From: Octopus vulgaris
Taxonomy: Eukaryota
Reading direction: 5' to 3'
DNA: 9,525 nt
Assembly: GCA_951406725.2 (NCBI GenBank)
Contig: CATOCA020000069.1
Span: forward strand, 1 to 9,525
A program made the translations under genes and the position numbers. Below, piece by piece: positions 1 to 9,525 of the stretch. Numbering within the stretch: the stretch's first letter is position 1; each line of letters opens with the position of its first letter. The notes beneath the pieces are model-generated. The model saw only the letters and a list, made by a program, of their open reading frames with translations, was not told the DNA's origin and searched no databases.

Positions 1-74
1 AGAGGAAGAGCTGTTTTTTTATAAGCTGCCTTCACGCTATAGTTCTCTATGTAATTAAAATTCCTCTCCTCCTT

Positions 75-120
75 AAGCCAAAAGCCAAGCCAAGCCAAAT
101 AAATAAATAAAAGCCAAGCC
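75..120 (+). repeat. Short (AAGCC)n repeats interleaved with (AAAT)3, forming the compound left border of the microsatellite
   Basis: AAGCC occurs at 75, 82, 87, 92, 111 and 116, with AAATAAATAAAT at 97-108. Confidence 0.85.
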
Positions 121-121
121 A

Positions 122-934
<813 letters not shown>

Positions 935-945
935 CATAGGCTCAC

Positions 946-974
946 TAAATAAATACATAAATAAATAAATAAAT
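946..974 (+). repeat. Short secondary (AAAT)n tract with one ACAT variant
   Basis: TAAATAAATACATAAATAAATAAATAAAT, separated from the main tract by CATAGGCTCAC. Confidence 0.9.
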
Positions 975-1029
975 CTGTTGTCTCGTATAGCCGCGGACAT
1001 TGAGCCCAATGGCGCCCAGAGCCCAGCTC

Positions 1030-1150
1030 AACACACTCCTTATACCCTAAGGAAGGCATGTGTAAAATTTGAATGAAATTGGTTGAGTAGTTCTCAAGTT
1101 ATAGGGAAATACACAGACAGACAGACACACATTCTCAGATACATAAAAGA
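1030..1150 (-). mobile_element. Probable 5' fragment of a non-autonomous Helitron-like (Lep1-type, microsatellite-associated) element
   Basis: The minus strand reads ...CTGAGAATGTGTGTCTGTCTGTCTGTGTATTTCCCTATAACTTGAGAACTACTCAACCAATTTCATTCAAATTTTACACATG.... A (GTCT)n tract followed by an AACC(G/A)ATTT-N5-AAATTT motif is the layout I recall for the 5' region of invertebrate non-autonomous Helitrons. This is recognition from memory, not a database match. The termini are degenerate and no 3' hairpin/CTRR end was found. Confidence 0.55.
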
Positions 1151-1169
1151 ATGAGAGTGGGTGATGTTT

Positions 1170-1237
1170 TATATATACACACATTTATATATACATATTT
1201 ATATATAGAACACACGCACGCACACACACACATACAT
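1170..1237. repeat. Degenerate (TA)n/(CA)n dinucleotide microsatellite
   Basis: TATATATACACACATTTATATATACATATTTATATATA followed by ACACACGCACGCACACACACACATACAT. Confidence 0.8.
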
Positions 1238-1319
1238 TATAGCGTGAGTGAGGAAGATGGCCCCTAGCAACCACACCTTTTAAGATGGATTTCTAAGGTA
1301 GCCCACGAGCATCGTCACC

Positions 1320-1423
1320 TCATTCTACATGTCCCTGTAACATTTGGAGCGAATCGGACGGGATGTAGTGGCATTGAAAGCGATCCAAGCGGTAAAAACG
1401 CATTTCAGTTCTATATAGAGAGA
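1320..1423 (-). mobile_element. Possible second, diverged Helitron-like 5' end fragment
   Basis: The minus strand from 1424 reads A|TCTCTCTATATAGAACTGAAATGCG...CCGTCCGATTCGCTCCAAATGTTACAGGGACATG. It has a 5'-TC after an A, a TATATA-rich start, and a CCGATT...AAAT motif parallel to that in the 1030-1150 fragment. Recognition is from memory only, and the left boundary is uncertain. Confidence 0.4.
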
Positions 1424-4334
1424 TATATATAGATATATATATATAAATATATAAAAATTATATATATATGTATACAAATATATACAAATTATATAGATGT
1501 ATACAAATATATACAAATTATATATATGTATACAAATATATACAAATTATATAGATGTATACAAATATATACAAATTATATATATGTATGTAAATACGTA
1601 CAAATTATATATATGTATGTAAATACATCCAAATTATATACATGTATGTAAATATATACAAATTATATACATGTATTTAAATATATACAAATTATATACC
1701 TGTATGTAAATATATAAATGTATATATATGTATACAAATCATATATATGTATATAAATATATACAAATTAAATATATGTATATAAATATATACAAATCAT
1801 ATATATGTATATAAATGTATACACATTATATATACGTATATAAATGTATACAAATTATATATATATGTATATAAACGTATACAAATTATATATATGTATC
1901 TAAACGTATACAAATTATATATATGTTTATAAACGTATACAATTATATATATGTATATAAACGTATACAAATAATATATAGGTATATAAACGTATACAAA
2001 TTATATATATGTATATATGTATACAAATTATATATATGTATATAAATATATACTAATTATATATATGTATATAAATATAAAAATTATATATATGTATATA
2101 AAGATATACAAATTATATATATATACATATATATACAAATTATATATATGTATATATATATATACAAATTATATATATGTATATATATATATACAAATTA
2201 TATATATGTATATATATATATACAAATTATATATATGTATATAAATATATACAAATTATATATATGTATATAAATATATACAAATTATATATATGTATAT
2301 AAATATATACAAATTATATATATGTATATAAATATATACAAATTATATATATGTATACAAATATATACAAATTATATATATGTATATAAATATATACAAA
2401 TTATATATATGTATACAAATATATACAAATTATATATATGTATATAAATATATACAAATTATATATATGTATATAAATATATACAAATTATATATATGTA
2501 TATAAATATATACAAATTATATATATGTATATAAATATATACAAATTATATATATGTATATAAATATATACAAATTATATATATGTATACAAATATATAC
2601 AAATTATATATATGTATACAAATATATACAAATTATATATATGTATATAAATATATATATTATATATATGTATACAAATATATACAAATTATATATATGT
2701 ATACAAATATATACAAATTATATATATGTATACAAATATATACAAATTATATATATGTATACAAATATATACAAATTATATATATGTATACAAATATATA
2801 CAAATTATATATATGTATACAAATATATACAAATTATATATATGCATACAAATATATACAAATTATATATATGTATACAAATATATACAAATTATATATA
2901 TGTATACAAATATATACAAATTATATATATGTATACAAATATATACAAATTATATATATGTATACAAATATATACAAATTATATATATGTATACAAATAT
3001 ATACAAATTATATATATGTATACAAATATATACAAATTATATATATGTATATAAATATATACAAATTATATATATGTATACAAATATATACAAATTATAT
3101 ATATGTATACAAATATATACAAATTATATATATGTATACAAATATATACAAATTATATATATGTATACAAATATATACAAATTATATATATGTATACAAA
3201 TATATACAAATTATATATATGTATACAAATATATACAAATTATATATATGTATACAAATATATACAAATTATATATATGTATACAAATATATACAAATTA
3301 TATATATGTATACAAATATATACAAATTATATATATGTATACAAATATATACAAATTATATATATGTATACAAATATATACAAATTATATATATGTATAC
3401 AAATATATACAAATTATATATATGTATACAAATATATACAAATTATATATATGTATACAAATATATACAAATTATATATATGTATACAAATATATACAAA
3501 TTATATATATGTATACAAATATATACAAATTATATATATGTATACAAATATATACAAATTATATATATGTATACAAATATATACAAATTATATATATGTA
3601 TACAAATATATACAAATTATATATATGTATACAAATATATACAAATTATATATATGTATACAAATATATACAAATTATATATATGTATACAAATATATAC
3701 AAATTATATATATGTATACAAATATATACAAATTATATATATGTATACAAATATATACAAATTATATATATGTATACAAATATATACAAATTATATATAT
3801 GTATACAAATATATACAAATTATATATATGTATACAAATATATACAAATTATATATATGTATACAAATATATACAAATTATATATATGTATACAAATATA
3901 TACAAATTATATATATGTATACAAATATATACAAATTATATATATGTATACAAATATATACTTTTATATATATGTATACAAATATATACAAATTATATAT
4001 ATGTATACAAATATATACAAATTATATATATGTATATAAATATATACAAATTATATATATATGTATACAAATATATACAAATTATATATATGTATATAAA
4101 TATATACAAATTATATATATGTATACAAATATATACAAATTATATATATGTATACAAAATATATACAAATTATATATATGTATACAAATATATACAAATT
4201 ATATATATGTATACAAATATATACAAATTATATATATGTATATAAATATATACAAATTATATATATGTATATATAAATATATACAAATTATATATATGTA
4301 TACAAATATATACAAATTATATATATGTATACAA

Positions 4335-4461
4335 ATATATAATTTGTATATATTTATATACATATATATAATTTGTATATATTTGTATACATATATATAA
4401 TTTGTATATATTTGTATACATATATATAATTTGTATATATATGTATACATATATATAATTT
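4335..4461 (-). repeat. Inverted block of about 4 units of the 29-bp repeat
   Basis: The reverse-complement unit (AATTTGTATATATTTGTATACATATATAT) appears with AATTTG at 4341, 4370, 4399 and 4428, a 29-bp period. It coincides with the start of the minus-strand ORF 4199-4450. Confidence 0.95.
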
Positions 4462-4794
4462 TATATATATGTATACAAATATATACAAATTATATATATG
4501 TATACAAATATATACAAATTATATATATGTATACAAATATATAATTTGTATATATGTATACAAATATATACATTTGTATATATATGTATACAAATATATA
4601 CAAATTATATATATGTATACATATATATACAAATTATATATATGTATACAAATATATACAAATTATATATTTGTATACAAATATATATAAATTATATATA
4701 TGTATACAAATATATACATTTTATATATATGTATACATATATATACAAATTATATATATGTATACAAATATATACAACTTATATATATGTATAC

Positions 4795-4870
4795 ATATAT
4801 ATAATTTGTATATATTTGTATACATATATATAATTTGTATATATTTGTATACAAATATATATAATTTGTA
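4795..4870 (-). repeat. Second inverted block (about 2-3 units) of the 29-bp repeat
   Basis: CATATATATAATTTGTATATATTTGTATACATATATATAATTTGTATATATTTGTATACA..., with AATTTG at 4803, 4832 and 4863. Confidence 0.9.
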
Positions 4871-7800
4871 TATATGTATATAAATATATACAAATTATAT
4901 ATATGTATATACATATATACAAATTTATATATATGTATATAAATATATACAAATTGTATATATTTATATACATATATATAATTTTATATATATGTATACA
5001 AATATATACAATTTGTATATATATATACATACATATAATTTGTATATATATGTATACAAATATATACAATTTATATATATGTATACAAATATATACAAAT
5101 TATATGTATGTATATAAATATATACAAATTATATATATGTATATAAATATATACAAATTATATATATGTATATAAATATATACAAATTATATATATGTAT
5201 ATAAATATATACAAATTATATATATGTATAAATATATACAAATTATATATATGTATACAAATATATACAAATTATATATATGTATACAAATATATACAAA
5301 TTATATATATGTATACAAATATATACAAATTATATATATGTATACAAATATATACAAATTATATATATGTATACAAATATATACAAATTATATATATGTA
5401 TACAAATATATACAAATTATATTTATGTATATAAATATATACAAATTATATATATGTATTTAAATATGTACAAATTATATATATTTATATAAATATATAC
5501 AAATTATATATATGTATACAAATATATACAAATTATATATATGTATACAAATATATACAAATTATATATATGTATACAAATATATACAAATTATATATAT
5601 GTATACAAATATATACAAATTATATATATGTATATAAATATATACAAATTATATTATGTATATAAATATATACAAATTATATATATGTATACAAATATAT
5701 ACAAATTATATATATGTATATAAATATATACAAATTATATATATGTATACAAATATATACAAATTATATATATGTATACAAATATATACAAATTATATAT
5801 ATGTATACAAATATATACAAATTATATATATGTATACAAATATATACAAATTATATATATGTATACAAATATATACAAATTATATATATGTATACAAATA
5901 TATACAAATTATATATATGTATACAAATATATACAAATATATATATGTATACAAATATATACAAATTATATATATGTATACAAATATATACAAATTATAT
6001 ATATGTATACAAATATATACAAATTATATATATGTATACAAATATATACAAATTATATATATGTATACAAATATATACAAATTATATATATGTATACAAA
6101 TATATACAAATTATATATATGTATATAAATATATACAAATTATATATATGTATACAAATATATACTTTTTATATATGTATACAAATATATACAAATTATA
6201 TATATGTATACAAATATATACAAATTATATGTATGTATATAAATATATACAAATTATATATATGTATACAAATATATACAAATTATATATATGTATACAA
6301 ATATATACAAATTATATATATGTATAAATATATACAAATTATATATATGTATATAAATATATACAAATTATATATATGTATACAAATATATACAAATTAT
6401 ATATATGTATATAAATATATACAAATTATATATATGTATACAAATATATACAAATTATATATATGTATACAAATATATACAAATTATATATATGTATACA
6501 AATATATACAAATTATATATATGTATACAAATATATACAAATTATATATATATATACAAATATATACAAATTATATATATGTATACAAATATATACAAAT
6601 TATATATATGTATACAAATATATACAAATTATATATATGTATACAAATATATACAAATTATATATATGTATACAAATATATACAAATTATATATATGTAT
6701 ACAAATATATACAAATTATATATATGTATACAAATATATACAATTATATATATGTATACAAATATATACAAATTATATATATGTATACAAATATATACAA
6801 ATTATATATATGTATACAAATATATACAATATATATATATATGTATACAAATATATACAAATTATATATATGTATACAAATATATACAAATTATATATAT
6901 GTATACAAATATATACAAATTATATATATGTATACAAATATATACAAATTATATATATGTATACAAATATATACAAATTATATATATGTATATAAATATA
7001 TACAAATTATATATATGTATATAAATATATACAAATTATATATATGTATATAAATATATACAAATTATATATATGTATACAAATATATACAAATTATATA
7101 TATGTATACAAATATATACAAATTATATATATGTATATAAATATATACAAATTATATATATGTATACAAATATATACAAATTATATATATGTATACAAAT
7201 ATATACAAATTATATATATGTATACAAATATATACAAATTATATATATTTGTATACATATATATACAAATTATATATATGTATACAAATATATACAAATT
7301 ATATATATGTATACAAATATATACAAATTATATATATGTATACAAATATATAGAAATTGTATATATGTATACAAATATATACAAATTATATATATGTATA
7401 CAAATATAAACAAATTATATATATGTATACAAATATATACAAATTATATATATGTATACAAATATATACAAATTATATATATGTATATAAATATATACAA
7501 ATTATATATATGTATACAAATATATACAAATTATATATATGTATACAAATATATACAAATTATATATATGTATACAAATATATACAAATTATATATATGT
7601 ATATAAATATATACAAATTATATATATGTATACAAATATATACAAATTATATATATGTATATAAATATATACAAATTATATATATGTATACAAATATATA
7701 CAAATTATATATATGTATACAAATATATACAAATTATATATATGTATACAAATATATACAAATTATATATATGTATACAAATATATACAAATTATATATA

Positions 7801-9427
7801 TGTATACAAATATATACAAATTATATATATGTATACAAATATATACAAATTATATATATGTATACAAATATATACAAATTATATATATGTATACAAATAT
7901 ATACAAATTATATATATGTATACAAATATATACAAATTATATATATGTATATAAATATATACAAATTATATATATGTATACAAATATATACAAATTATAT
8001 ATATGTATACAAATATATACACATTATATATATGTATACAAATATATACAAATTATATATATGTATACAAATATATACAAATTATATATATGTATACAAA
8101 TATATACAAATTATATATATGTATACAAATATATACAAATTATATATATGTATACAAATATATACAAATTATATATATGTATACAAATATATACAAATTA
8201 TATATATGTATACAAATATATACAAATTATATATATGTATATAAATATATACAAATTATATATATGTATACAAATATATACAAATTATATATATGTATAT
8301 AAATATATACAAATTATATATATGTATAAATATATACAAATTATATATATGTATACAAATATATACAAATTATATATATGTATACAAATATATACAAATT
8401 ATATATATGTATACAAATATATACAAATTATATATATGTATACAAATATATACAAATTATATATATGTATACAAATATATACAAATTATATATATGTATA
8501 CAAATATATACAAATTATATATATGTATACAAATATATACAAATTATATATATGTATACAAATATATACACATTATATATATGTATACAAATATATACAA
8601 ATTATATATATGTATACAAATATATACAAATTATATATATGTATACAAATATATACTTTTTTATATATGTATACAAATATATACAAATTATATATATGTA
8701 CATAAATATATACAAATTATATATATCTACATAAATATATACAAATTATATATATGTATACAAATATATACAATTATATATATGTATACAAATATATACA
8801 AATTATATATATGTATACAAATATATACATTATATATATGTATACAAATATATACAAATTATATATATGTATACAAATATATACAAATTATATATATGTA
8901 TACAAATATATACAAATTATATATTATACAAATATATATTATATATATGTATACAAATATATACATATTATATATATGTATACAAATATATACAAATATA
9001 TATATGTATACAAATATATACAAATTATATATATGTATACAAATATATACAAATTATATATATGTATACAAATATATACAAATTATATATATGTATATAA
9101 ATATATACAAATTATATATATGTATACAATATATACAATTATATATATGTATACAAATATATACAAATTATATATATGTATACAAATATATACAAATTAT
9201 ATATATGTATACATATATATAATTTGTTATATATATGTATACAAATATATATTTTTATATATGTATACAAATATATACAATTTATATATATGTATACAAA
9301 TATATACAAATTATATATATGTATATAAATATATACAAATTATATATATGTATATAAATGTATACAAATTATATATATGCATATAAATATATACAAATTA
9401 TATATATACGTATATAAATATATACAA

Positions 9428-9525
9428 ATGCGCGAAAGTGTAACTGCGCATGCGCGAAAGTGTGACTGCGCATGCGTCAACGTGTGACTGCGCATGCGCG
9501 AACGTGTGACTTCGCATGCGCGGAA
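9428..9525 (+). repeat. GC-rich 22-bp tandem repeat, at least 4.5 copies, consensus ATGCGCGAA(A/C)GTGTGACTGCGC, truncated by the window end
   Basis: Units lie at 9428-9449, 9450-9471, 9472-9493 and 9494-9515, with a partial unit at 9516-9525. Confidence 0.95.
9445..9522. promoter_or_regulatory. Cluster of NRF1/Erect wing/P3A2-type motif matches (function unproven)
   Basis: TGCGCATGCGCG at 9445-9456 and 9489-9500 fits the consensus YGCGCAYGCGCR. Near-matches are TGCGCATGCGTC at 9467-9478 and TTCGCATGCGCG at 9511-9522. Confidence 0.35.

Larger units (their letters stand above)
1425..9428 (+). repeat. AT-rich 29-bp minisatellite/satellite array, about 275 copies, consensus TATATATATGTATA(C/T)AAATATATACAAAT
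   Basis: The 29-bp period is directly visible. The ORF track shows a 29-aa period ([29 protein letters not shown] = 87 nt = 3 units). The core is homogeneous (about 3056-3960 is roughly 31 identical units) and both edges are diverged. Confidence 0.99.

Noticed and set aside
1000-1031. TTGAGC...GCTCAA inverted repeat as a Helitron 3' hairpin or terminator
   Set aside because: The stem is only 6 bp with a 20-nt loop, and there is no correctly placed CTRR|T end or U-tract.
1264-1267. CTAG as the 3' terminus of the second Helitron-like element
   Set aside because: It lacks the expected flanking T on the minus strand, and there is no subterminal GC-rich hairpin.
1325-1516. 63-aa minus-strand ORF
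   Set aside because: It starts inside the satellite, half of it is repeat translation, and the rest has no recognisable motif.
2237-2580. TATA boxes (TATATAAA) in T-type units
   Set aside because: These are expected by chance in a TA-derived repeat, and there is no promoter context.
4199-5069. Minus-strand ORFs 4199-4450 and 4779-5069
   Set aside because: They are by-products of the inverted repeat units. They mark the inversions but are not genes.
2017-9386. Many long plus-strand ORFs (up to 605 aa) rich in Y, I, K and N
   Set aside because: The C-type 29-mer has no TAA/TAG/TGA on the plus strand and contains ATG, so all three frames stay open and give the same 29-aa cycle. ORFs end at TAA-creating variants, mainly the T-type unit. 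There is no domain and no frame preference.
1425-9428. Telomeric or centromeric identity of the array
   Set aside because: There is no G-rich telomere motif, the array is bounded on both sides by other sequence, and centromere function cannot be inferred from sequence alone.
9428-9525. CRISPR-like array (palindromic repeats)
   Set aside because: The units are head-to-tail with near-identical intervening sequence, there are no unique spacers, and no cas genes are present. The same applies to the 29-bp array.

Overview
This window is non-coding, extremely AT-rich eukaryotic repeat DNA. I see no credible protein-coding gene, RNA gene or CRISPR array, and no new enzymatic system. Layout: a short unique flank with AAGCC repeats (1-121); a near-perfect (AAAT)n microsatellite of about 203 units (122-934); a roughly 490-bp island holding two minus-strand fragments that resemble 5' ends of non-autonomous invertebrate Helitron-like elements (about 1030-1150 and 1320-1423); an 8-kb tandem array of a 29-bp unit, about 275 copies (about 1425-9428); and, directly abutting it, a GC-rich 22-bp tandem repeat with NRF1/Ewg-type GCGCATGCGC palindromes that runs off the window end (9428-9525). 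All listed ORFs are artefacts of the repeats. The most interesting structure is the 29-bp unit itself: a 24-bp quasi-palindrome plus a 5-bp spacer. The array contains in-register inversions ranging from a single spacer or core up to several units, concentrated at about 4335-5050. These could reflect template switching or could be assembly/polishing artefacts.
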